Numbered from the whole stretch's first letter, positions 11,471-23,943 are shown. The stretch: 63,637 bases of DNA, filler included, from Octopus bimaculoides (GCF_001194135.2; 7 parts of 6 records of this genome joined end to end with filler, not necessarily neighbours in it); one strand, 5' to 3'. Translations and numbers: made by a program. The notes: generated from the letters alone by a model not told the origin.

Positions 11471-14413
11471 TGAGAGGGGCAGGGCATTTGAGGAGGGGAA
11501 CTTGTATCAGAGGATGAAAGGTTAGAGTGTGACAAAGAAACAGAGAGATAGAAGCAGGTATCTTGCCACAACAGAGGGAGCATTAGAGGAGGTGATCCAG
11601 TATCAGATGATGAAAGGTTAGAGTGTAATAGAGAACTAGAGAGGCAGAAATAAGTGTCTTGTTATAGAGGAGGTACATAGTTACCCAATGAGAGAATGAG
11701 AGAGGTACAAGAAAAAGGCCAGAAACAAGTGTGCTGATGTAAAGGAGATACTCGGTTACCTAGTCAGAGGAAAAGCAAGAGAAGGAGAGAGAGAGAGAGA
11801 GAGAGAGTAGGAAACAGCAAAAGTGTAAGAAAGAGCAGAAGAGAGATGGGTTTACAGACAAGTAACAAGGATATGAGCAATGTATAAAATGTATCAGACA
11901 CTGACCAAGGTTAAACAAAGACTTTGTTGACTTAAATGGGTTGTATTCATTCAAACTATATTCTTTCACAAACAGGTTATATTAGATTATATGTTCTTGA
12001 GGGGAAACTATTCAGAAACCTTATGGTCTAATTTATTCAAATGCAAAAATTACTGGCCTGAAATAGGGGACATTTCAAAATTGATCTTTAAAAGCCTGCT
12101 AAAATACAAATTCTTTCGAGAATTTTTCTGTAGATTCAAGGGCATTTTCTTTTTCACTCGTTTTTGGCTTTGGAAACTGAGTTAAGAATAAGAAAATCAT
12201 AATAATCAAAATTAAAATTACTTGAGCCAGAAAAAAAGCAACTCAATAAGGCAATGACAAAAGAACTCCACAATCAACTTCAAAAAGATCCAGCAATGCA
12301 ACAGTGAAGGAAAATGATTCATTTCAATTAACCTCAGTTACAAATTTACATAATACTTAACAACAAACTTAAATGATGCATAAAAAATATATCTATAACT
12401 ATAGTATAGCTGAGTGGGTGTGTGTGTTGCATCTATAGAAATCCACACCTTACAAGATAGCAATCTGGGAGTCGCACCAATGGATTCCACATGGTTGAAA
12501 ATACCCAGAATCGGCTATTTGTTTTTTTGTTTTTTTTTCATTGCTTCCTAACACGTGAATTTTTGCATTAAAAATATTTTAAAACCATAAATTCTAACAA
12601 GTTTCAAGTTGCCATTATTTGCAAACATGAGTTCAGTCCCCTTTTAGCGACGGTGCAAAGACAGAGAAAACAGATTTTTTTAATTTCGTATTCTTACTGC
12701 ACTCTTTATCCACAACTAATTTTCATATTTGCTGAATCCGTTGCTCTACTCATACCCACATATAGCTGGTCGTGAGTGAACATGGCAGACAGCAGTAGTC
12801 ACCAGAGCAAAAATCATTACTGTTCACTGTAGACACAGTCCTTCGTAACCGATCAGCTATTATTTTGTAAACAATGTTACGAAACGCTTCACCATGGCTG
12901 CAGTCACATGACAAACAAGTAAAGCAATAAAATCTATGTCATTTTCATCCTGAGCAAGGCCAGGTATCTCTGCTAGTATTTAAATATTATTGAGGAACAG
13001 CTGGCATACTGTGCATTTACATATAGTGAAAAAAATAGCTTGAAAAAGTACTTACTTTCAATGGTAAAATGAAATTCCAAAATAACAGGTGCAAAGAATT
13101 AAAACTGTAAGTAAATACACTTACAATTGTATGGTAATAAATATTTGTATTCTTAAAGAGGCCTGTTTCGTGAATCAGAAAAAAGATGCAAACAAACAAC
13201 ATTAGCGGTTGGCATCCATCACCAATAACTAATATTGGTAAAAGTACCTTAAAGTTGGAAATTTGTCTCACAGAAAAACTATACAGACCTGCTAGACTTT
13301 TGTTTGTATTCAAATGACTGAACACACATGGTATCAAATAATTTTCAACATTGAAGGGTAGAATAAGCCATAGGGAATGCTAAAAATAGCTCCAAGGTGG
13401 TATGTCCAATACAACTCTACTAATAGCTAGTAGAAACATATCAAATTTAGGTTTAATCAATACATAAAATGTATGTCAACGAATTTATTTATTCTTTTCA
13501 GTATCTGATAAAAAAAAAATTATTTTTAGCGAAATTTCATTTTTGACTTTAAGATTAATTACGATGATAAAAGAACTTTGAACGAACATTTTTATAAATT
13601 TTAAAATTTTGGCAAAAAATTGCCTTAGTTATTATATACCTTCTTCAGACTGTTATAGCTTAGCTTTATTCTGATAATTAAAACTAATTAAATAAATAAC
13701 TAACCTAAACTGAATACATACAACCAGAAGATTTGAGCATTATGGGGAAAAAAAGCATAAAAACGGTGACTATGAGAATAGCTAGGAAGAGGAAGAAAGG
13801 TTTGTAGGGCTTTCAGAGAATGTATATCAAAACTGAAAGTATTTGACAACTTCCATAAAAAATTTTTTTATTTTTTAAAATTCTTCTTCAACTGAATCAC
13901 TTATGTTTATGTATTTTTTGTGTATGTATGTGTTAAGTAGGTAAATATATGTATATGTGTGTTTATGTGCATCTATGTATATTTGTATATGAATGTGTTG
14001 TAGGTAGGTTGGCAGACAAGTGCACAGTTCACTTCTACCACATGGATTCTGTTGGCTGGTGCTCTCTACTATAGCTGTAGATTGACCAATGCTCTGGAGT
14101 GAAATCTGAAATTTGGTAGGGTATCAGACAAAATGCCTTGTCTTTCTTCTAGCTCTTTTTCTACTGAGTTCAATTCCTACCAAAATCATCCTTTCAAAGT
14201 TGATAAAATAGAGTACTGGGATTAATATAATTGACTGACTTCCCCAAAATACCAAGCCTTGTCTTTATGTCAGAAACAGTTATTCTTGTGTGTAAGAGTG
14301 GTTCCTTACATTCTGAATTCTAGTTCCACCAGAGTTGACTTTCTTAGTACTTAATGAAATCTTTCAATTTTATTTGTTTTACTTATTTCTTTTCATTTTC
14401 TATTGGTCTACAG

Positions 14414-14595
14414 GAAATGCTGATACAGTAATTTGTTTTAGCTGTGATGGTGGCTTACGTAATTGGGAGGAGGATGACATTCCATGGGAAGAACATGCTC
14501 GATGGTTTCCAAGATGTACTTTTGTAAAACAAATGAAAGATTCTAAATACATCAGTGATGCAAATGTAAGAAACAGGGTATCTTCATATGACCCA
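14414..14595 (+). CDS. IAP (BIRC-family) exon: C-terminal half of a BIR domain
   Basis: Acceptor ...ggtctacag at 14413 (phase 1), donor gtaagt at 14596 (phase 0). Translates (G)NADTVICFSCDGGLRNWEEDDIPWEEHARWFPRCTFVKQMK..., with the BIR zinc ligands C-x2-C-x16-H-x6-C. Confidence 0.93.
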
Positions 14596-14676
14596 GTAAG
14601 TTAATAAAAAATAAATTCAACTTTACGATGAAAGTAAACAAACAAAGTTTGTCTTTAGAAGCATTGAGATGTATTG

Positions 14677-14825
14677 TAAGATACAGAAATAAATTCATTT
14701 CTCAAACGCGTGATAATGCTATAAATAGCGTGATCAGGATAAATTATCCATATAATGCAAAAAAATACGTTACCGGCCAGCCGCTATTTCACGCGTTTGA
14801 GAAATAAATTTATTTCTGTATCTTA
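14677..14825. mobile_element. Short MITE with 37-bp terminal inverted repeats (TA ends, Tc1/mariner-like)
   Basis: 14677-14713 taagatacagaaataaattcatttctcaaacgcgtga versus the reverse complement of 14789-14825: 1 mismatch. Confidence 0.8.
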
Positions 14826-16009
14826 ATAAAAAATGATATCAATAACAATGAATGAATAACTTATAATGCATATTTCTGATAAATAACCTTTAATAATAGC
14901 TAGACTAATCTTTCTGCTTGAAGTGTATTGCTACCCTTGTTAATTCACACATGTACTTCAAGGGTTAAAGGAACATTTTGTACGTTATATATGGGTTTAG
15001 AGAAATAACATCATCATCAAAACCTATTGAGCATCAGTTTTCTAAATGTCTGAAATGTTAATAAGATGTCTCTAAAGTCAACCACTCCATTGAAGTGAGG
15101 AGCTAACTTACCCTTAATTTTGTCAGACAGAGAAATGGAGAGAGAAAATTACATGTTGGAAACTGATTTTGTCTGACAGTGAGTTGATACATGGTCATTC
15201 AATTAGCTGAAAATAACAGTGTAAACTCTCACAAATTACTATCAACCATCTTAAAGGAAAGGTATATTGAACATTATCCCATACAAATCATGAGTTTATC
15301 ACAACTGGAATGCATTTCTTCATAGTTTATTCAAGCCAACTAAGAAAGGCTTGTCTCTGCTAGTTTAGAATCATCGACTTCAAAGCCATCTTCTCTGTTT
15401 GTCATGGTTTAAATTTAGTAGTGGCTGATAGACCCATGGTGTGTGCCACAAGAGTGTGTTTATCTGACTGCTATGAATGGTAGTAGATGGTACTGGCTGG
15501 CATTTAAACGGGATTGCTCCTCTATTTGGCTGTATCTCAGATCTATTCTTCGTGGTTGGCTACACATGTTAATTTCTTAAGCTGACCTTTAGTATTCAGT
15601 GGTCAAATACATACCTACATACTCAAAGAGGAGGGTAGATATCTCAGTATTAATTGATTTCACTTTCTGTGCCAAATTGACACTTAAAGCTCATCAGCTA
15701 GGCTTACTACGTAAACTATTTTAGAAATATATTTTCCTTCCTGTATGTGTCTGTTCAGCTGATGACCCTGTGACTTCCAAACAAACATTAGCGAGCAAGT
15801 ATAAATTCAAAACTCAAATAAGTTATCATTAACTTTTCCTCCTCCATTTTCATGGGCCTACAGGTTTAGAGTCTGATCATATGCTGTAAAACTAAGTCCT
15901 TTATGGACATGAAACCCAAGGTAATCCCATAGACCAGCCTTATCTATCTTTATATGCTATACTATTCTATAACTTAGAGTGTGCTTCTTTTTGGGATATA
16001 TGATTTACT

Positions 16010-16056
<47 letters not shown>

Positions 16057-16247
16057 CATACATACATACATACATACATACATACATACATACATACATA
16101 CATACATAGAGAGAGTGAGTGGGGGGAATATATAGTCTCCTGCATAGAGAATATATAGTCAGTGCAGGCTAACATAATTAACGTAGCAAACTAGTAAGTA
16201 TTTTTAATTAATCAGAGTTACAGTTGTAATAGGTAGAAAAATAATTA

Positions 16248-17052
16248 ATCATCATCATCATTTAACGTCCGTTGTCCATGGGTTGGACAGTTTAACCAGA
16301 GCTGCCAAGCTGGGCAGCTCACTACCACAAGTGTTTTAAGCCACCAGAAGGATTGACCTTAACACTTCTGCTATAGAGTATGGGTCTTCTTGAGTATGGC
16401 AAGGTACCAGGCATATCAGTCCTTTGTCATCTCACCTAAAAGGTTCAGCATCCTGAGGTCAGTCTTCAGTACTTCATCCCTTGTCTTCCTGGGTCTCCCA
16501 CTGCCACATGGTCCATTCACTTTGAGAGATCAACACTTCTTTATGGAGCTATCGGTCCTCATCCACATCACATGACCAAACCAGCACAGTCTTCTCTCTT
16601 GCACACAGCAACCAATTTCTCTTATGTCTAACTTCTGTCTCAGAACACTAGCATTCTGTTGAACATTACATTTACATTACACATCCAGTGGAGCATACTA
16701 GCCTCATTCCTTTCTAATCTGTATATGTCCTCTGCATTCAGGGCCCACATCTCACTACCATGTAGAATTGCTGTCTCTATACATGCATCATACAATCTTC
16801 TTTTTATTAGGAAAGAAAACCCTTTTATAGCCAAGAGAAGTAATAGCTCTCTAAATTTCCTCCATCTTATTCTTATTCTATCTATCACACTCTCTGTACA
16901 TCCTCCTCCACTACTAATTTGGTCCCCGAGATAGCAGAAATTATCTACTACCTGTAATAAACCACTAGGGCATTTGAGAGAATCAATTTCCCAGGTCTCT
17001 AACGTTTTTATGGATCCTGTGCATCTTCCATATACAAAAACTGTCTTCTCTT
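16248..17052 (-). mobile_element. 3' part of a second RTE-clade LINE with (ATG)n tail
   Basis: Translates QVVDNFCYLGDQISSGGGCTESVIDRIRIRWRKFRELL...RLYDACIETAILHGSEMWAL...RRLCWFGHV...GRPRKTRDEV, followed by a 3' UTR ending acggacgttaaatgatgatgat. Confidence 0.9.
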
Positions 17053-17403
17053 AAGTTTTTTTATTATTTCTTTGGTAATTATAGTGACAACTCTATGCAT
17101 GTTTTGGTGGTATTAGTGCCCATCAGAAAAGTATTATCTAATTCTTACTTACCAGAATTTGAAATGACTTTGAAAAGATATAGTTTTTTTTGTGAAAATT
17201 ATTCATTGGTAAGACAATTTAAAATAATAATGTTCGGCAGTTTGTCCAAGGATATCTTCTGCATGAACATATAGTTAAATACAAGCTACAATATACTTAA
17301 TGTTTGTTAATCCACACTTAATTATATGTTGAAGTGTATGCTTCTGTGTACACCTAGCATTACTAGCATATAAATTTGTTGAAATTACATTCTTCTCTTA
17401 AAG

Positions 17404-17506
17404 GCATTTTCACAAGATGGACCAGATTACCATTCTCTTCAAACTGATGCAATTGGTAGTTATCACTTTATGGAAGATAACAGGACATCAGATGCCTCAA
17501 CTTCAA
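17404..17506 (+). CDS. Probable IAP linker exon
   Basis: Pyrimidine tract plus aag acceptor at 17403, donor gtaaga at 17507. Open frame AFSQDGPDYHSLQTDAIGSYHFMEDNRTSDASTS. It supplies the phase 0-to-1 change needed to join the BIR exon to the UBA exon. It has no domain homology of its own. Confidence 0.55.
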
Positions 17507-18392
17507 GTAAGATAAGTTATTTGCTATTTATATGGAAAAGTATGTTGTTCACAATCATTTTCATACAATTCTTACATTTAAGAAAATGTTATTTTTAACA
17601 AATTCAGAAAATCTGTCCACGCCAAAATAAGGACTTTTTGAAACAAATGAGCCTTGAATTCTGCTGATAACTCATACAATAACACAACTAAAACTGTTAA
17701 AAACAGATGATTTTTTATAATGAAAGAATTTGAACAATAAAAAGAATTTAAAAAACTAGAAGCTCTAATAATCACTAGACAGCATCATTGAATCATTAAC
17801 AAGATCTTATCAAAATATCTTTAATAAGTCAATGAGAGAAGAGGAAATGTCCCTATATCTTTCTACCAATATGAGAGTTACACTTAATAGAGATGCATTA
17901 GCAGCCCAGTGTACAAAATGTATTTCTTCAACTGTGCAATGGTCAACTACCAGTTGACACTGAGAGCAGGAACTGCTACAATATCACAAAGTTGTGAAAC
18001 AATCATCAACATATTTCAAGAAATTAAAAGCAATTGAATGTTTAAGTTAGCCATTCACAAAATTATAGAAAACTTGAGAAACTTTCTGCATATGCCAACA
18101 AAGCTGCCTAAAATGATATTGTGCAAGTTACATTGGCTAATAGTAAAAAAGATGTTTGATTATTTTCTGGTGATTTATATGTAATCAAGTTCACTGAATT
18201 TGCAAAAAGATATTGATTTTTTTTTATCATCACATCACAGTTTTTCACAAATGAGAAAGAATATCATATAAGATTATATCATTTCATAACGTACAGTATG
18301 CATATTAAGTAACTACATTTTCCATGATTGACTTATTTCTTTTTTTTTTCCAGTATACATGTTTATCTGTTAACATTTTTCAAGAATAGAGC

Positions 18393-18600
18393 ATGACAAG
18401 CAAATTAAATAAAAATAATGAAGATATGTTTCATTATATATGTGGCAAATATAGAACTTTAAATCAGACAAAACATAACATTTGTAAAACAAATGTATAG
18501 ATAATATTTCAGTGTCAAAATTAGTGATCAAAATTTATCATAGGCTAACTCATAAAGTTTGTATATATCTTGTTGAGTCACTTAGGTTATGAAGCCAAGA
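18393..18600 (+). mobile_element. Degenerate N-terminus of a DNA-transposon-associated protein (superfamily not assigned)
   Basis: With frameshifts: MFHYICGKY...FVKQMYR*YFSVKISDQNLS*A.HKVCIY.VESLRL*. This resembles the recurrent invertebrate transposon motif FCYICG...YFG.KLGDQDK.WAPH.VC..C.E.LR.W, recalled from memory rather than searched. Confidence 0.55.
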
Positions 18601-18822
18601 AAATAAAAAAACAAATCTATGCGGTTTCCATTTCTGTGCCTTTTACACACCAGGCCTCATATCTGCCTTGAGAAAACAATCAGATACTGCACCAGTGTGC
18701 TTCATGAACAGAAACAAAAAGATAAAAATTACACTAGGAAATAGTCGAAGGTTACTTTAAATTGAAAAATAAAATTTAGAACATTTTCAGAAACATTTTA
18801 ATAATTTCCTTTTATATTTTAG

Positions 18823-18954
18823 GCTCTCCCAAATTGAAAACTCGTAAACCTAAGGCATCATCTATGGAAACACCTACAGTTAAGGCTCTTTTATCTATGG
18901 GCTATAACCGAAATAAAGTCAAAAGAATTGTGAAAAACAAAATCAAAGAAACAG
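18823..18954 (+). CDS. IAP exon: UBA domain helices 1-2
   Basis: Acceptor ttttatattttag at 18822, donor gtaaga at 18955, phase 1/1 (132 nt). Translates SPKLKTRKPKASSMETPTVKALLSMGYNRNKVKRIVKNKIKETG, with the UBA MG(F/Y) motif. Confidence 0.87.
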
Positions 18955-20034
18955 GTAAGAATACTTTACGATTTTTTAAAATGTAATAATTTTTTGTTAT
19001 ACAAAACTAAACTATCCAGTTTTTGTACAAAATTCATCATTGTAATCATTGCTGTATTGACATATGTTTGTTCAATACAGTATACACAAGACAGCAAATC
19101 ACAGTGTTTTAATTCATTTTTGCCCTTTATCATATCGTCTTTGAAGTATAAATTTATATGATTATATCAGATAATTTTGGTTAAATTCTCCCTTTACCCA
19201 CCTCTGCTCTTAGGTCTCCCAAGATCCTTAAACAATATAAATTTTTCCCAAGCTATTTTGCCAGATGCAGTTTCATCACCTTTTGGAGATTGTAGCNNNN
19301 NNNNNNNNNNNNNNNNNNNNNNNNNNNNNNNNNNNNNNNNNNNNNNNNNNNNNNNNNNNNNNNNNNNNNNNNNNNNNNNNNNNNNNNNNNNNNNNNNNNN
19401 NNNNNNNNNNNNNNNNNNNNNNNNNNNNNNNNNNNNNNNNNNNNNNNNNNNNNNNNNNNNNNNNNNNNNNNNNNAGTAGAAGATTCATTCAGTTGCTTAT
19501 ATACAAGAATTCAATGTCAGTACTGTAAACCATCAAACTATACATTAATCTTTGAATAATCTGGTTTCCTGCCATCAAGTTGTTCAAGGTAAAGCATGTA
19601 TAAGATTTCAGCAACTTCTCTGTAAATATATGAGAGGCATAACCTTAAAAAATACTAACATGCATACATAGAAGTGTAATATAATTGTCAGAACCAGAGC
19701 TCAACTAGCAGTTGCTTTTCATGATTGGGATTGTATCCTGTTATTTTGATTTGAACTAAAAATATGAGATGCCATGAAATGAGGTTGATAACTTCTGATA
19801 AATATTCTAGTGATGAATTCACTAAATTGTACTTTCCTGTCACAAAATTTCATTTCTTAAAAATCCTTCAGTTTATGCATTTCCAACTTCGAAGTACAGA
19901 TAGAAACCTAACAAAGGAGCAGTATTATTATGAAAATAATGGACAAATAGGAATGTAGTTGAATGCTAGATATAAATACCCAAATATTTTACACAAAATC
20001 TAATGTGTATGTACATGTTTTTTTTGTTTTTAAG

Positions 20035-20169
20035 GATCTTCTTTTTCACAAGCATCAGATTTACTTGATGCGATTGAAAACGATCATTTTGATGATAACG
20101 ATGAGGAAGTAAGTGATGAAGAGGAGCCTGACCAAACAAGAGAAAAACATGACACTGAAATGTCTGCTA
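20035..20169 (+). CDS. IAP exon: UBA helix 3 plus acidic linker
   Basis: Acceptor tttgtttttaag at 20034, donor gtaagt at 20170, phase 1/1 (135 nt). Translates (G)SSFSQASDLLDAIENDHFDDNDEEVSDEEEPDQTREKHDTEMSA. Confidence 0.85.
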
Positions 20170-22327
20170 GTAAGTAATAAATGATAACTCTACTATTTCT
20201 ACATATTTTGAAATGATTGTTAGTAAATAAGAAGTGATCCTTCTTCTATCTATCAAAGTGCTGACAGTGAAGTAGCTGTTACTAAGTAATCCTTCTTCTA
20301 ATGTCTCACATTGACACTAGATTGTTATTGCTCACAAAGAAAGGAAACATCTACTTTTAAAACTTTTTGACTGTGAACACCATATCATTTTCAGTTTTAA
20401 AATAAATCTCTGTAATCCTTTCTAGTAACCAGTAGTCAAAAATGGAATATGGTTTTGAGAGTAGCATATACATGTGTATGTACATAAATCGTGTGTGTGT
20501 GTGTATGTTAGTGTCTGTGCATGTGTGTGTATTATGCATGTGTGGATGTGTGGGCATCTGTACTTTTGTTTACATTTACACTTCTCTGAGTACCACAAAC
20601 TGTAAGTGGTGATGTTGTCATTTCTCCTGTCAACAAATCATCCACTCACTTTGGGCCTTCAAACACTTGTGCAATAAGAGATTCCTCACTTGAAAAACAA
20701 TTATGGATTAGTAACAGGAAGGGTATCTAGCCATAAAAACAGTACTTAAGCAATAGCTTCAGCTAACCCATGCCAGCATGGAAAAACATTCATGAAAACA
20801 ATTGAACAAAGTTGTATCATGTATATTATGCTTAATCTATATTTGCCTGTTCAGCATTGAGAATAATATCCATATTTCAGATTACATGGCTATTTTTTTT
20901 TTCGGTTCAATGTAGATCTGTTACACATATCCCTGATCAGCTATTGTTAGCTAATGTACATTGGCATATTTGGTTAATGATAATTGTAAATATTCCAGGA
21001 AAACATCGAGACTAAACAGTCACAATTGGCACAGCTGTTGTGAGCTATAATCATCCCATCTTATTTTCAAGAATTACATTATTCAACATATCCCTTCTTT
21101 TTGAGTTGATGGAGCCTTGACTGCTATTTCTAGCAGGTTGAGAATCCACTTTGAAGTGCCCATGTTAGCTTCTCTGGAAAATTGTTATGGTATGATGGAT
21201 TGATAATTCATATCCTGACACTGACAGAGATTCTTTAGCTTTAAATAAATACCAAAATGAGGCACAGATTATTAGTGTAATTAGCAAAAACATTATACAA
21301 TTTATAAATATTTTGTTAGCTTGTAGTATTGGACTAAAATCCTCATCTGGAGAAAGTGACCTACTCTACTCAAGATAGTAATATATTTCATTTACTCAAA
21401 TCTGAAGGTAAATACCAGCTTTATGAACTCTTGTAGAAATGTTCAGCTCAACATAACAAACCAGTTGACTCTTTTCAACCTATTCTGTAACTTCTCAATG
21501 TCAATTTACAATATCAAAAAGAGGAGAAAATGATATTCTAAATGGTTTGGATTAGTTTCCTTTATTGATGAGTTATGTGTATAGTTTTGTTACCCTATGT
21601 TTCCTAAATTATCTTATTTATCTCAGTATCATAAGTTTTCTAGCTTTTACATTAAAGTTACTTAAACCTTCTGGCCATATTTTCTTACTAACAAAATTAA
21701 ATGTTCCATACAATGTCATCCTCTTTTAACATCCAGTTTCTATGTTGGCATGGGTTGGATGGTTTGACAAAATCTAACAACCTGGAGGACTGCATCGTGG
21801 TCCAGTGCCTGTTGTGGCATGGTTTCTATACCTAGATGCACTTTTTAACACCAATCACTTTACAAAGTGTACTGGGTGAACTTTTTTATAGCACCAGCCC
21901 TAGTAAGGTTGCCAGGAACTTGCAAGATTACTATCTACCTTCAACTGTAGAGAGGGAGGAGGCTTTATGCTGAATGATAAAAGGTTATACTGTGAAGGGG
22001 CCAGAACAGATTTCTTGTTTGTTTTTATTGGTATAATAATCTGTTTTGGAACACATCTTAAGAAAAGGTACTTTCTAAATATCTCTGAGAAATGTTCATG
22101 CATTAGTAACTAACATGTCCACATGGAACCTTGGGTGAATTGGTGTGAATGAAGTGGAATATTTTTCTTGTGTAACTGTTGATACTGTTTTAATATTTAG
22201 AATTTATTACTGTATTTATTATATTTCATCAACGCATAACCATTCAATTATATATTCATTTATCCTCTCATTATCTTACATTACATTTCAGTTTATTTAT
22301 TTTCTGTCTTTTTTTTATTTTTTACAG

Positions 22328-22524
22328 CAGCAAGTGCTGATTTAATTGCAGAGAATACTATGCTAAAAGAACAAAAGCTTTGTAAAATCTGTTTGGATGA
22401 AGAATTGAGTGTGGTATTTTTACCATGTGGCCATTTGGTCAGTTGTGCATCATGTGCACCTGCTCTCACCAATTGCCCTTTATGTCGGAAAAAGGTTCAT
22501 GGAATGGTGAAAATATTTTTCTGA
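22328..22524 (+). CDS. IAP terminal exon: C3HC4 RING finger
   Basis: Long pyrimidine tract with a cagcag acceptor, phase 1. Translates ASADLIAENTMLKEQKLCKICLDEELSVVFLPCGHLVSCASCAPALTNCPLCRKKVHGMVKIFF*, with TGA at 22522-22524. Typical IAP RING. Confidence 0.95.
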
Positions 22525-22854
22525 GTTATATCCAATACAGCTACAGTCAAATGACTGAAACAACTTGTTGAGGCAAACGAAATCGAAATCGAACCAAATT
22601 CAATGACTGGCACCTTTGCCAGTGAAGCGCTGACAGCACCGTCCGAGTGTGGCCATTGCTAGTACTACCTGACTGGCACATAAAAGCACCCACTACACTC
22701 TCGGACTGGTTGNNNNNNNNNNNNNNNNNNNNNNNNNNNNNNNNNNNNNNNNNNNNTTAATTAATTAANNNNNNNNNNNNNNNNNNNNNNNNNNNNNNNN
22801 NNNNNNNNNNNNAACCCACAGTGGTTGTTGCTGGTGACATTCTGAGCTTTCGGG

Positions 22855-23070
22855 AAGATGTCTGGCAGTCATTTGATTGCGGTCATGCTGGAGCACCACC
22901 ATTTTTTAGGCGAAGAAATCGGCCCTAAGACTTATTCTTTGTAAGCCTGGTAGTTATGCTATCGTTTTCTTGCCGAAACGTTAAGCTGCGGGCCCGTAAA
23001 CACACTAAGATCGGTTGTCAAACGATAGTGGGTATGAACAAACTCCTCCCCCATATATATATATATGTAC
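22855..23070 (-). mobile_element. Partial SINE family D (3' half)
   Basis: cagtcatttgattgcggtcatgctggagcacc...gacttattctttgtaagcc...gtaaacacac...atcggttgtcaa matches other D copies and ends in a (TA)n run. Confidence 0.75.
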
Positions 23071-23079
23071 AAACTTTGT

Positions 23080-23860
23080 GACCAAGTTCCCTCAACTTCT
23101 GGAGCGTCATTAGAGAAACGTGTGGTCGAGCAGTGAAGAATGATTGGTCCTCTTCCGCTGACCAGTCTGGAAAGGAGGAGTAGCAGTTTTTCGCTTATTA
23201 TAGCAATTTCATGGCAATATGTTTCTGCAGTAATGGTTTTTCCAGGTTTCAAGAAGTTATAGTGGATGAGTGCAGCAGTACGCCACCAAACAGACACCAT
23301 AACCTTCTTTTTGAAGAGCTCAGGTTTAAGGAAGGTTTTCGGTGCTTCATTTTGGTCCAACCACTGCGAAGAATGTTTTTTATTATTGTACAGAATCCAC
23401 TTTTCATCGCAAGTTGCAATACGCTCGAGAAATGGATCGGTCTGCTAACGGAGAAGAAACGACGAGCAAATTTCATATCTGTGCATTTTCTGATTTTCAT
23501 TTAAATCGTGTGGTAGCCATTTGTCGAGCTTTTTGGATTTTCTCATCGCATGTAAATTGACGTTATTTTGCTAGTTCTCGAGTGGTTTTACGTGGCTCTT
23601 TCTCAATGACTGTCTTTAATTGACCGTCATTGAAGACAGATGGGCGTTCATTACGCTCACGATCTTCGAGGCTCGGGTCTCCACTGCGAAATCGCTTAAA
23701 CCATTTTCGAACTGACCACTCACTGGTCAGTTCCTCATTAAACGTTTCGTTGATACTGCGACCAGTTTCAGCGGCTTTGCGTCCTTTTTTGAAGTTGAAT
23801 GGGAAAATTGCTCGAATATTGCGCTTTGACAGTTCCATTTAAGATGATTGTAACAACGGA
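23080..23860 (-). mobile_element. mariner (Mos1/SETMAR-like) transposase relic, 3'-truncated
   Basis: Translates MELSKRNIRAIFPFNFKKGRKAAET...SVRKWFKRFRSGD..LED...RP. After frameshifts: PFLERIATCDEKWILYNN (first catalytic D), KKVMVSVWW, LKPGKTITAETYC and GPIILH. Confidence 0.93.
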
Positions 23861-23943
23861 GAAAATATATTGTAAGAACGAGAAAAAGATATCAACGATG
23901 ATTTATTGATGCATTTGGGAAAGTCTATGTCTGAATTATCGTT

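Noticed and set aside
19544-19619. Antisense exon-like segment EVAEILYMLYLEQLDGRKPDYSKIN inside an IAP intron
   Set aside because: Weak donor (gtatag), no recognisable homology and no partner exons.
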